A DNA stretch of 64,000 nucleotides from a virus. Made by a program: the position numbers and the translations under genes. Shown here in pieces: positions 21,375 through 31,250 of the stretch (position 1 is its first letter; every line of letters begins with the position of its first letter). The stretch spans positions 150,143 to 214,142 of IMG/VR virus record IMGVR_UViG_3300045988_162176. One strand, written 5' to 3'. A model generated the notes under the pieces. The model did no database searches. It saw only the letters and a program-made list of their open reading frames with translations, and was not told the origin of the DNA.

Positions 21375-22597
21375 CAATAAAAACCTCCCAGCTTAAAACT
21401 AAAAGTCTCACTAATAGTAACCCCTGCAATATCAGGGTCGGCACAAATAGCAGTTACGTCTAATGTACCTCTATTGCAAGCTTTCAAATTTTTAATCCTA
21501 AAGGTGTTATCACCAGTTTGTTTAAATTCATAATATTTAGACCAATTTTCTTCTTTTATACCATTTAAAACAACTTTATACTCGAAGTGAGTGGGAAGTG
21601 TACCACCTTTGAAACTTAATTCAGTTTCACATTCTTTGCTATTGCCAAGAATTATTTTATAATCGTCACAATCTTTAAGAGTAATATGATACTCCTCATC
21701 GTGAAGGTCTTCCTTTTTTGGAATAAGATATAAAGGAGCATTATTAGCGACACGTGTTACAGCATCGTCATTAGCGCTCCATAAATCTTTATCCAACGCC
21801 AAGACCACGAAAGGTATATCTTCTAATCCAGTAAAACCACTTTTTGCAAAAGTTTTGGTGGATGTACTCTTTATAACAGCTTTAACTTTATATATAGCAT
21901 TATTTTCAATGTCGTTCTAATCTGTGCCACCGAGAATAACTCGGCTATTAATTTTAACAGCATTTGAAAAATAATTTAATTGCATCGTGACATACCACTC
22001 AGCTTGAGGTATTACCAAAGTTTTGTTATAATACTGGTTCATATATTTCAATTCGTTTTCCAGTACAATAGGCTCATACCTTATTTCAGTGGCATCTGTT
22101 TGACTGTTTGTTGAAGACCCAAGTAATGCAATATTAGCATTACATCTACGAATTACACAAGAATTCCGTGGATTTATAGGAGAATTATTTATAGCAATCC
22201 AAACACTCGTATTATAATGTTTTTCTTCCTCTGTCATAACGCTTAAATCCTGAAATTCCAAAGAAAAACGATATCTTTTTCCAAGAGGATTTGAATATTT
22301 CAAATCTCTAAAAGAAATTTCTGCCCAATCTGTACCTAAATCTTCACCACGTTCACCCTTAACACTTCTTATAACAACCGTTTCAAGAGGCGTATATTCA
22401 GGCATTTTAGTTGTGTATTCAATTTGTCGGTCTTTTTCTTCTTCTATGTCAACAGTATTATATCTATATTCCCAATCCTAATTGCGTTTATATTGCAGAT
22501 TTTGAATATAATAATTATCTCCAACCATATTATGTTTCAAACGAGCTTTGAGCATGATACTGCTATCAACGATATCAGTAGTATTTAAAATCGCCAT
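21374..22597 (-). CDS. Hypothetical structural protein; 2 in-frame TAG
   Basis: ATG at 22597. Fragments 21917-22405 and 21374-21808 share its frame. TGA stop. Confidence 0.55.
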
Positions 22598-22614
22598 TTT
22601 AATCCATAATCTCC

Positions 22615-22950
22615 TTAGCCTTCATTTTTGTATTTCTTTAATAAATACTCTGCATAATTGATTGATTCAAATATTAATTTCTTAATCTGTCCTTTATCTA
22701 ATTGATTCGTTAAAATAGCATTGATATTAATTATAATGCTTACTAATTCACCATCAAAAAGAATATTACTTGACGAAACATACATCATTATTCCACCACA
22801 ATACACACGGTAATTATAAGTGGAATCGGGTTCTTGAGATTTGTCATATACATAAAGAACTTTCTTCAATTTTGAAATTATTTCTTCTAAGCATATAATT
22901 TTCTCGTTAATAGATAAAACTACTTTGAAGTTCTTTGCTTCTTTATCCAT
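22615..22950 (-). CDS. Hypothetical protein
   Basis: Intact ORF with a TAA stop. Confidence 0.55.
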   Translation of the reverse strand: MDKEAKNFKVVLSINEKIICLEEIISKLKKVLYVYDKSQEPDSTYNYRVYCGGIMMYVSSSNILFDGELVSIIININAILTNQLDKGQIKKLIFESINYAEYLLKKYKNEG

Positions 22951-22952
22951 CT

Positions 22953-23660
22953 TTACCCCCTTCCTATAAACTTACTACCACCCATAAAACGGATTTGCCA
23001 CGCAAGTCTATTTTGATAATTGTATATTTCTGAATCAAGTTGGTCTATCCATTCATTTTTCGCTTTTAAGATACGGTCATTAGACATAAGTTTGAAATCG
23101 CTGTCTTGCATTAAATTGCGAATATCTAATAACAAATTGCGTTCTTCTTCTCCCCATGCCTTTACAAGCAAACGAGCAAGAATATCTTTAACATAACCTA
23201 CCACTAAACTTGTACCATTTACATTTTTGTTAGTTAAGCCTTCAAAATTGTCAGTAAATTCACCAACATAATATTGCTCAACTGCATATTGCTTGCCTTC
23301 AGGTAACACATCAGGGAATTCTACAGTGTGAGCTTCTTTATCAATCGAGCCTTGCACCAATAATTCTCCTTCAATATAATTATATATTGAATTATCCTGA
23401 ATCTCAAACTCAGGGTCAAGTTCGAATTTATTATTCTTACCATCCCCTTCAAAAACTTGCATGATACCTTTTGGTTCTTTATATTGAGATAAACGTAAAG
23501 AAACGCTTAGAGGGTTGTTAAACATAGATATTGCATTTTGCAAATAGGTGTACATTATCTTATTAAATTGCAAAGGATTAGTTTCATACGCTGTCGTAAT
23601 CCTTGGGTCATCAAATAAGGCTATTGCTTTTCGATAGACATCACTAAACAAAATGCCCAT
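22953..23660 (-). CDS. Hypothetical protein; possible head-tail connector by position
   Basis: Intact ORF with AAGGAGGG RBS. Confidence 0.55.
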   Translation of the reverse strand: MGILFSDVYRKAIALFDDPRITTAYETNPLQFNKIMYTYLQNAISMFNNPLSVSLRLSQYKEPKGIMQVFEGDGKNNKFELDPEFEIQDNSIYNYIEGELLVQGSIDKEAHTVEFPDVLPEGKQYAVEQYYVGEFTDNFEGLTNKNVNGTSLVVGYVKDILARLLVKAWGEEERNLLLDIRNLMQDSDFKLMSNDRILKAKNEWIDQLDSEIYNYQNRLAWQIRFMGGSKFIGRG

Positions 23661-23679
23661 TTAAACCCTCCTTATTTGT

Positions 23680-24528
23680 TTAATGTCTTATTGAATCAAA
23701 ATTCATTTGAGCCAACAGATTGTCAAAAACACCCTTGTTAGAAATTCTGTTCAGAAGCTCAACTTTACTTCTAACACGATATTTAGCATCATTTTCATAG
23801 CACTTTCCAAGCCAGTAAGAACAAATAAAGTCTTTATCAGCTTCAGTCAAAGAATTCATGTAATCCTCAAGTTCACGCTCACTCTTCTTGTAAATATTTA
23901 CGAGGTCTCCCTTCGTAACAACAGCATGACCCTCTCTTTTCAAACAAGATACATTATAACGTTCCGCAACATCGGCGAATTCGGGAGCCAAAAGAATAAT
24001 TTCTTTATCGAACCACTTACGATATTTGGAAACACATTCCTCGAACTGTTGCCAGCTAAGAACACGCTGTTCACCGAGAGTATGGAAATTAATAGTCAAA
24101 CCAGTAAGCTGAATAGCGGTTGAAAGCCCACCAAGCAACTCACGATTATGAACAATAACAATTTCCTTGTCACTCTTTCTATTGCCAAGAATTTCCAGAA
24201 GTCTTTCTGTTGTATTAGAAGTATTATCCTGTACTTCTTTTGCCTTAAAAGAACTTTCTGTATCGCCCTCTCTATCATTCAAAGTAGATTCTTTGATTGC
24301 TTCTGCCAACTTTTCGTTCTTTGCTTTCTCTTCCTTGAGTTCACTACTCAAAGATTCAATTGTAGACTGGAACTTTGCCATCATAGCTTGAATATCTTCT
24401 AACGAGATAGAAGACTGAGTAGCAGGAGACTCCTTAACAGAAGTCTCCGCATTCTCAGCAATTTGTTCCTTATTAGTTTCGTTTACAACTTCTTCTGTAT
24501 TTTTAATAGTTTTCTTATTTACAGCCAT
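23680..24528 (-). CDS. Hypothetical protein downstream of the capsid gene
   Basis: Intact ORF with AAGGAG RBS. Confidence 0.6.
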   Translation of the reverse strand: MAVNKKTIKNTEEVVNETNKEQIAENAETSVKESPATQSSISLEDIQAMMAKFQSTIESLSSELKEEKAKNEKLAEAIKESTLNDREGDTESSFKAKEVQDNTSNTTERLLEILGNRKSDKEIVIVHNRELLGGLSTAIQLTGLTINFHTLGEQRVLSWQQFEECVSKYRKWFDKEIILLAPEFADVAERYNVSCLKREGHAVVTKGDLVNIYKKSERELEDYMNSLTEADKDFICSYWLGKCYENDAKYRVRSKVELLNRISNKGVFDNLLAQMNFDSIRH

Positions 24529-24636
24529 TTTTTACAATCTCCTTTTAAACCTTTTAAACATATCTGGAGCAACCAGAATTTACGAAATCAACTAATTATT
24601 ATAATTAATTATTTATAATTAGATTATAATTTGATA

Positions 24637-25259
24637 TTAGTTAAGAGTAATAGCACCAATCTTGCTACCTACAATAGCGTCCATACCCATACGCATATCA
24701 ACGGTAAAACCGTAAGTATGGTCAGCAGCAAACAAGGGGTCCTTCTCAACAGAAACGGTATTACCTTCCATGACAACCTTGATAGGCTTATTCATACCAA
24801 GAGGAAGCATGTAAATAATATCATCAGGAAGAACGACTTCAGGCTCACCATTGATGGTGTTAGGAACAAGAGCGTTACCCAGTTCAATCATAGGAACATT
24901 CTTGTAATCAGGCAGGAAGCCATCTCTAACGATAGCGCTATCCTCGCCATAACGGAAGCCCTTAGCACTGTCGGGAAGGACAGAAGCGAGAGCAATAGAA
25001 GTACCGAGAGCATAAACATCAGCACCGCCATTAGCAAGTTTTACCAAACGTGCAACTTTGAGCCAGTTCTCATCAGTGAGACCGTTAGCCATATAGCCAG
25101 CGATACCATCCTGATTATTAGTAGCAACGTCAGTGTTGTTGGTAATGATAGAAGCCATTACCTTAGCAAGACGAGCTTGAATATAAGCGGCAAAGGAAGC
25201 ACCAATCTTCTGGAGGAGTTTACCCCAATCCTGCCTTCCCGATGCCACGTGGTCAGTTA
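24637..25259 (-). CDS. Major capsid protein, exon 2
   Basis: High-G+C, strongly codon-biased ORF (...AYIQARLAKVMASIITNN...GFTVDMRMGMDAIVGSKIGAITLN). It has no SD-preceded start of its own and follows the intron's 3' end. Confidence 0.65.
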
Positions 25260-26681
25260 CATTAAGAGTTATTTAGTGTTTTTAGCTTTTTGCTATTCAT
25301 AATCTTTTAAAATTATTTCAGTGTAATAATTACCATCTTTTAATAACCAATTTATTTTGTCAATTATTTCTTGCTTCTCTGGAATAGAATGGTCTCCTTT
25401 TATTCTCAAAACTTTGTAGCCCATTTTTTGAACTACTCGGTCTCTTTTAATATCTTTCTGTTGGTCTTGATGCCAATACCAACCATCATATTCCAAATCT
25501 ATTCTGATATCCCTAATAAAAATAGCTACGTCTAAATTAAGTTGACTTAAAGGGTAATTCAACTCTACTTTATATTCATCTTGAAGCATTTCATAAATTT
25601 TTAATTGTTGTGAAGAACATGGAATTAATTCTCTTTTATTAGCCAATGCTTCTTGCATCCTTTTTCGTATTTCTGGATTTTGTACAGGGTAATCACAGCC
25701 GTATTTTTCCTTGCAAGTATTGACAGCTTTAGTCCTTACTTCTTTATTCGAAAAAGGGTTTACATCTCCATATTTTTCCAAGCAAGTTTTAATAGCTTTT
25801 TCTTTTGCTTCTTTTGTTAAAAATGGATATTCAACTCCATATTTTTCCAAACAAGTCTATTTTGCTTTTTCTTGACTTTCCCTAATCTACCGAGGACTAT
25901 CCACTCCATATTTTTCCTTTAAAGTTTTCTTAATTTTTTCTTGGATTTCTTTGCTCTTAAGTGGACTATCTACACCATATTTTTCTAAATTTGTTTTTAC
26001 AGACTTGTTATTTCTTTGAGCTATTAATTCTTTATTCTTTCCCCAACAATCTTTACAACAATATTTACCATCATGCTTTTCTATTCTTTTTAAATATTTT
26101 TTATATTGAACTGTTATTTCTTTACCACAAAAATCACAAATAGCCACAACATCTCTATGGCTACCTTCTGGCAATTCTTCTGGTTTAACTTGAATAGTCT
26201 CCCCTTTAAAAAGACTATAACCTTTTTCATTGAAATATTTCTAAGCGGTTTGTGTCCAAGGAATTTCAATTAATTGATTTTCTTTTAACATACAAACCTC
26301 CTTTTTATTTTATTTAAACACTAAATTTTTCGAATCGTCAATTCGCTCTAACCCTTTCGGATTCTTATGTTTTCACATAAGCTTAGACTATATCTTCATC
26401 CCAATAGGATGTCCACCATTTCGGAATAATTTATTGACTATATTCCTACTCCTCTTATGAGGATAGTCGTTGAACCTTCTTCTTTTCGAAGCTTGGCTGC
26501 TGATTACCAATTCTAAGATACTTAGGGTTTAACCTTATATCATACAATCAATTTTTTCTGCTTTCGCAACTATCACGATTAAATCTATTTCAATTTTGCG
26601 TTGTAGTTTGATTGTCTTTATGGTATTCCAGCAATTAAATGGAAATATTTTTACGCATATTGCTATACGCCCTAGCTATTT
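25260..26681 (-). mobile_element. Group I-like intron C in the major capsid gene, carrying a homing endonuclease ORF
   Basis: The 5' portion (26681 down to 26310) shares the conserved blocks of introns A and B at the same spacing: 45 nt from the 5' splice site to AATTGCTGG, as in intron B. The ORF fills the 3' portion. The intron ends ...TTAATG. Confidence 0.6.
25269..26291 (-). CDS. Intron-encoded homing endonuclease: KYGxxxP repeat region plus a C-terminal PD-(D/E)xK (DUF559/Vsr-like, EDxHD-type) domain; 4 in-frame TAG
   Basis: AAAGGAGG RBS, ATG at 26291. Five tandem repeats end in KYGVDSP / KYGVEYP / KYGDVNP / KYGCDYP. The C-terminus DLEYDGWYWHQD...DRVVQKMGYKVLRI fits the Vsr/DUF559 pattern. 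Confidence 0.65.
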
Positions 26682-27195
26682 ATAAATTGCTTATATTTAA
26701 CCAGTCAACATAGAGAGAAATCTGCTCTCTCTTAGCAGCAATAGTATATTCAGTGTTGGAAGCAGTCTGAACGCCACCACGAGCAATACCTTCAGCAAGG
26801 CTATTCACAATGAAGAGCTCATTGCTATCGACTTCATACTTAGCGACATCACCGAAACCAACCTGAGTGACATCATAAAGCTGTTCATAACCAGCCGCAG
26901 CGACGGTAGGAACGACAGGAGTGATAGCACCAGCAAGGATGGTATCGAAGGTCTCAAGGAAGCCACTCTTCTTGTAGACCATAGGATTCTTAATCATATC
27001 GAGACCACTCCACTTCATGCCAGCGTTCTCGACACAATACTTCATAAACTCTTGGTTAAAGGTCTTATTAGCCTCAACATACTCAGGGGTGTTGTTCTTA
27101 CCCTCAATGGACTTCTGAGCCAAAGAATAGCAAGTTTCAACGAGACCATCAGCGACATCTTCGTTGAATTTGTTATAACTAAAAATTTGTTTCAT
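26682..27195 (-). CDS. Major capsid protein, exon 1
   Basis: AAGGAGG RBS, ATG at 27195. It sits directly after the scaffold and decoration-like genes and has the same compositional bias as exon 2. Confidence 0.65.
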
Positions 27196-27257
27196 AATAA
27201 CAAAATCCTCCTTAATTAATCTATAAAAATCATAAAGTAAATATCAATATTTATTTT

Positions 27258-27310
27258 AAATTATTCAAATTATTCAAATTATTCAATGATAATTATTCAA
27301 TGATAATTTA
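27258..27310. repeat. Nested short direct repeats upstream of the capsid gene (TTGAATAAT x4 on minus)
   Basis: Plus strand reads aattattcaaattattcaaattattcaatgataattattcaatgataattt. Confidence 0.8.
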
Positions 27311-27313
27311 AAA

Positions 27314-27841
27314 TTACTCGTGGATAACGGTGCAATAGAACTTCTTACCCTCGTTCTTGACACCGATAATCTTATCCTTACCAAACTCAACCTTAACGCA
27401 GAGCTTATCATCAGCAGCAGCAGCAGCGGGAGCCCACTGACCATCAGAGCCAGCAACAGCATACTGACCAGCAGTAGGAGCAGACTCAAAGTTGTCTTCG
27501 CCGAGATAGAACTCATCACCGAGCTTGAGGCAACGAACGCGAGTATGAGCACCAGCAGGGCAGGGAAGACCGCAAGTCTTAACACCTTCGCTGTAGATAA
27601 CGCCCATGATTTCGCCCTTAGAAACGCCAACATAGTCAACGATACCAACACGACCAGTGCCAGCATAGGGCTTAATTTCACGAGTATTCATATCCTTCAG
27701 ACCCTTATAAACCTCATGGTCGATAAGGTCGCCAATTTCAACCAAAGAACCATCAGCGAGTTCCTTGTCTTTGCAAACGCCAGAAACCAGATAGCTTTTA
27801 ACATCTTCAGAAGCCATCAAAATCTTCTCAATAAATTTCAT
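27314..27841 (-). CDS. Hypothetical capsid-associated protein; possible decoration protein by position
   Basis: Intact ORF with AAGGAGG RBS, between the scaffold-like and capsid genes. Confidence 0.55.
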   Translation of the reverse strand: MKFIEKILMASEDVKSYLVSGVCKDKELADGSLVEIGDLIDHEVYKGLKDMNTREIKPYAGTGRVGIVDYVGVSKGEIMGVIYSEGVKTCGLPCPAGAHTRVRCLKLGDEFYLGEDNFESAPTAGQYAVAGSDGQWAPAAAAADDKLCVKVEFGKDKIIGVKNEGKKFYCTVIHE

Positions 27842-27865
27842 AATAAAGTTATCCTCCTTTTTTAA

Positions 27866-29773
27866 TTAAATCTTGTTAAGATTTTTCATTGCATTTTTAA
27901 GGTTATTTGCGCTGTCGTTCACTTCAGTAACAACAGGTTTATCCTTAACGATATCAGCAGAGAACTCTTTCTCCTTAGCTTTTCTACTAAGTTTCTTCTG
28001 AGCATAAAGAGCATCTGCAATTTTATGGTCAACAGCCTCATTAAGTTCCTCATCGGAAGCATAAGTACTGTTATCACAATTTTCTTTCATAAATGCCTTA
28101 ATATTAGTAGCATTTTCCTCAGTCAAATCTTCTTCAGAATCAACTAAAGAGCAAGCCAAAGCATAAAGTTCAGCATTTTTCTTTGCGTTAAACTGAGCAT
28201 TAAGAGCATTATACTTTTCAGTCAGTTCAGCGAAAGAGGCATTAAGAGTATTGAATCTCTCATAAAGTTCATCGGCAGTAAGTTGTTCATCACCGACAGC
28301 ATAGTGGGTATCCTGAATAACATTACTTTCACCAGAAGGTTGACCGATTAAAATACTGCCATCATCGTGTTCTTTGAGGATATCAGTATCAACTTTAGGA
28401 GAACCAAGCTCTTCACCTTCAATCTGTCCATGGTCAGCATGAGATTCATCGACAGTTACATCAGTAGCAGCAAACTGAGCGGGGTCTTCGCAATTTTCAA
28501 CTTTCTTTTCACCATCGTTATCCTCAGCCTCGGTTTCCTTTTTGCCATCATCATCGTCGTTATCATCATTATCATCATCATGGTCATCATCATTTTTGTC
28601 ATCTTTAGACTCATTCTCTTTATGACCATCATCCTTATTACCATCGTCATCTTCGTGCGCACAAGTGCAAGGGTTGTTACCGCAGACTTCGCACTTGCCG
28701 TCTTCAGATTCACATTCCTTGGATTCAGTCTCTTTACCACTCTCATCTTCAGGATTTTCATCCTTAGAGAGTACAATCTTTTCTTTAGCGTCCATATCAA
28801 TATTAGCGACATTTTCTTCGTTGATGCTATAAGTAGCCTTAAAATTTTCATCATCAAGGCTAAAGCAAACAACATTATCGTTAATTTCCGTGACACTATA
28901 ATGAGAAGCATTCTCATCAAGACCGCTATTCAGAAAAGATTCGAGAAGTTGTCTTTTCTCTTCATAGGTCATTGTTTTTGGTTCCTCCCCTCTTTGTTCA
29001 TTATCCATTGTGATTTCGTCCACTTTTTCATTAACAACTCCGTTATCAGGAATAGTGGAATCGAAATCCTCGTTTTTATTATCTGTATCAGAGCCAGAAT
29101 TTTTATCTTTATTGTTATTATCTTCCAACTCTTTATAAGCAAAAGATAAGCATTTTTCCTGTTTCTGATAAACAGCGTCATTAATTTTATCAAGAATGGT
29201 TAAATGTGCATTAGGGATAGCTTCAGTAACAGCAGAACCAAGAATAGTAAATCCATCAAAAATGAATTTATCTATTACTTCGACTTTATTTTCATCTATA
29301 TGACTTTCAAGGACTTCTATTTCTACAGAAATTTTCTTTTTAGTATCCTTAAGCAATCTTTTAACTTGTTTATAAGCATATTTAGCCCAAAGAACGCAAG
29401 TAAAATGCACCCAAGTTTGACCGTCATGTTCGACAATTTCAACCAAATCTTCGCCACGAATTACGCCAAGTGGGACTTCACATTTACCATTAGTAAAGTC
29501 AAAGTAATCTTGTTGTAACTCATTATCCCACCTATATTCCATTTCATGAGCTTTAAAATCATCATGAGCGACATCAAAAGCGCCGAGAGCGGGTTTATTA
29601 TAAAAGGTAGGTTTAGCGTCTTGCATAGCAGACACAGGGAAATAGCTGTTATTTCTATTAGGGTAGATATCAGAAATTGCATAAACGTCGATAGCAATAA
29701 AGTCATTTTTTAACACATTCTTAATTTTCAAACTTTGCGGAGAAAGTTCAAATTTCAGAACTTTTTTATCCAA
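27866..29773 (-). CDS. Putative prohead protease/scaffold-like protein with a long acidic low-complexity linker
   Basis: 635-aa ORF, TTG start after AGGAGG. Contains a D/E/N-rich tract (DDDHDDDNDDNDDDDG) and a coiled-coil-like C-terminus. The functional call rests mainly on position. Confidence 0.45.
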   Translation of the reverse strand: MDKKVLKFELSPQSLKIKNVLKNDFIAIDVYAISDIYPNRNNSYFPVSAMQDAKPTFYNKPALGAFDVAHDDFKAHEMEYRWDNELQQDYFDFTNGKCEVPLGVIRGEDLVEIVEHDGQTWVHFTCVLWAKYAYKQVKRLLKDTKKKISVEIEVLESHIDENKVEVIDKFIFDGFTILGSAVTEAIPNAHLTILDKINDAVYQKQEKCLSFAYKELEDNNNKDKNSGSDTDNKNEDFDSTIPDNGVVNEKVDEITMDNEQRGEEPKTMTYEEKRQLLESFLNSGLDENASHYSVTEINDNVVCFSLDDENFKATYSINEENVANIDMDAKEKIVLSKDENPEDESGKETESKECESEDGKCEVCGNNPCTCAHEDDDGNKDDGHKENESKDDKNDDDHDDDNDDNDDDDGKKETEAEDNDGEKKVENCEDPAQFAATDVTVDESHADHGQIEGEELGSPKVDTDILKEHDDGSILIGQPSGESNVIQDTHYAVGDEQLTADELYERFNTLNASFAELTEKYNALNAQFNAKKNAELYALACSLVDSEEDLTEENATNIKAFMKENCDNSTYASDEELNEAVDHKIADALYAQKKLSRKAKEKEFSADIVKDKPVVTEVNDSANNLKNAMKNLNKI

Positions 29774-29795
29774 TATTTTTCTTCCTCCTTTCTCC

Positions 29796-30134
29796 TCATG
29801 ATGTAAATGACAATGACATAGAAGTCATAGCCATTACTTTGTCATTCCAAGCCTCGTTCTTCCGAACGTAGCAATTAGGAACAAGGTTAACTATATTAAT
29901 ATAGTCCAATATATCATCTGATGGCTCAAACCATTCTCCATTATTTCTAATTTTATATTGCTAAAACTTAGAATGAAGGCTTTCCTCATCAGCCATAGTG
30001 CCTTTCATATATCCTAAGATATATAATTGCTTATCACTGCCAGTATTTAATTGTTTTAATCTTTTCTGAACTGAATTTTTAGTATATCCTATTTTAATAT
30101 TTTCCCCATTGGTTATAAAATAAACATAGCCCAT
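29796..30134 (-). CDS. T5orf172 / GIY-YIG-like domain protein; 1 in-frame TAG. Missed by the ORF track
   Basis: MGYVYFITNGENIKIGYTKNSVQKRLKQLNTGS...EESLHSKF*QYKIRNNGEWF fits the T5orf172 pattern. Confidence 0.55.
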
Positions 30135-30175
30135 TGTATAATATCCTATTTTGAATAGTTAACTTATTTTACAAA

Positions 30176-30688
30176 TTAGATTTTTGTAAATCCTTCGAAT
30201 TCAGCGTCAAATAATTCAGGGGAAGTGCTGTACAGTTTAGCTTTTTGTCTCCAAATATCACATTGATGGAGAAGAGAGCTAGCAACTTCTGCCATATTTT
30301 CCAGAACAATTACAAAAACCTTACATGACTTGTTGTAATCTAAAAATTCAATAGTATCAAGAATTTTTCTCTTCAAAGAATCCATTTCTGTGTAGGTATC
30401 ATTAAACAGCAATTCGATATTTTCATAAATATCTTCATTACCATTAAGAGGTTTACGAATAGGGCGAATACCTTCTTGAATCATTACTTCGCTCAATTTA
30501 TCTGCGAAGGTATCACTTGGAAACACATGAGCGAATTTCAAGTGAAACACCTGAGAAGCGCAGGGGCAATTAAGCTCGCAATCAAGAGCATAAGCCATAT
30601 TATCAGCGATAGAATTCATTTGAAAGAAGCTTCCTAACAAATCATTTAAAGCTTCGACAATCTCTGGCGTATAATTATTACTTACCAT
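30176..30688 (-). CDS. Hypothetical protein
   Basis: Intact ORF with GAGAGGA RBS. Confidence 0.55.
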   Translation of the reverse strand: MVSNNYTPEIVEALNDLLGSFFQMNSIADNMAYALDCELNCPCASQVFHLKFAHVFPSDTFADKLSEVMIQEGIRPIRKPLNGNEDIYENIELLFNDTYTEMDSLKRKILDTIEFLDYNKSCKVFVIVLENMAEVASSLLHQCDIWRQKAKLYSTSPELFDAEFEGFTKI

Positions 30689-30712
30689 ATTATTGTCCTC
30701 TCACTTTCCTTT

Positions 30713-30973
30713 TTATAGTTTCTCCATAATTCCTTTGACATCTTTTTTGATATCTTGAATATCAGATTTATTTTCTTCAATTTTCTGGAAAACAATTCCC
30801 ATATTCTTTTCCAACTCATAGGTACGAGTAATTAGATTATTGTGAGCATCCACTTTGCGTTGCAACTGCTCGATTTTATAATTGGTTAATTTATTAGTGG
30901 TAATAATACCGCCAATAGTACCAACACAAGTTCCGATAAAGGAAATTATAGCAATTATAATTGTAGGGTCCAA
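30713..30973 (-). CDS. Small membrane protein (N-terminal TM helix plus coiled coil)
   Basis: TTG start 9 nt after AGGAGG. IIIAIISFIGTCVGTIGGIITT is a hydrophobic helix. Confidence 0.5.
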   Translation of the reverse strand: MDPTIIIAIISFIGTCVGTIGGIITTNKLTNYKIEQLQRKVDAHNNLITRTYELEKNMGIVFQKIEENKSDIQDIKKDVKGIMEKL

Positions 30974-31250
30974 TTTAATCGACCTCCTTTACGAAATACT
31001 GAAAAAAGGGAACAATCAAGCTTACTCAATTATTAATTCTCCCTTTTCGTCTGTATTAAAGACGAAACATTTTTGACATTGCGAACAAATGTAAAACTAT
31101 TTATCAGGAGAAACCATTAATTTTTTTGTGCTTTTTTGCAACGTAGTATTAGAGTCTAAGGGATTATGATTACAACAAAGTTCAGAATTTATGTAGTTTT
31201 TTTTGATATGCCACTTTTTCTCTTTAAATGTTTTAATCAAATTCACACTT

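Noticed and set aside
27283-27681. Alternative-frame minus-strand ORFs rich in Leu, e.g. 27283-27681, 41610-41972, 42591-42791, 28456-28920
   Set aside because: They overlap better-supported genes in another frame. Their composition is an artefact of the overlapping codon bias.
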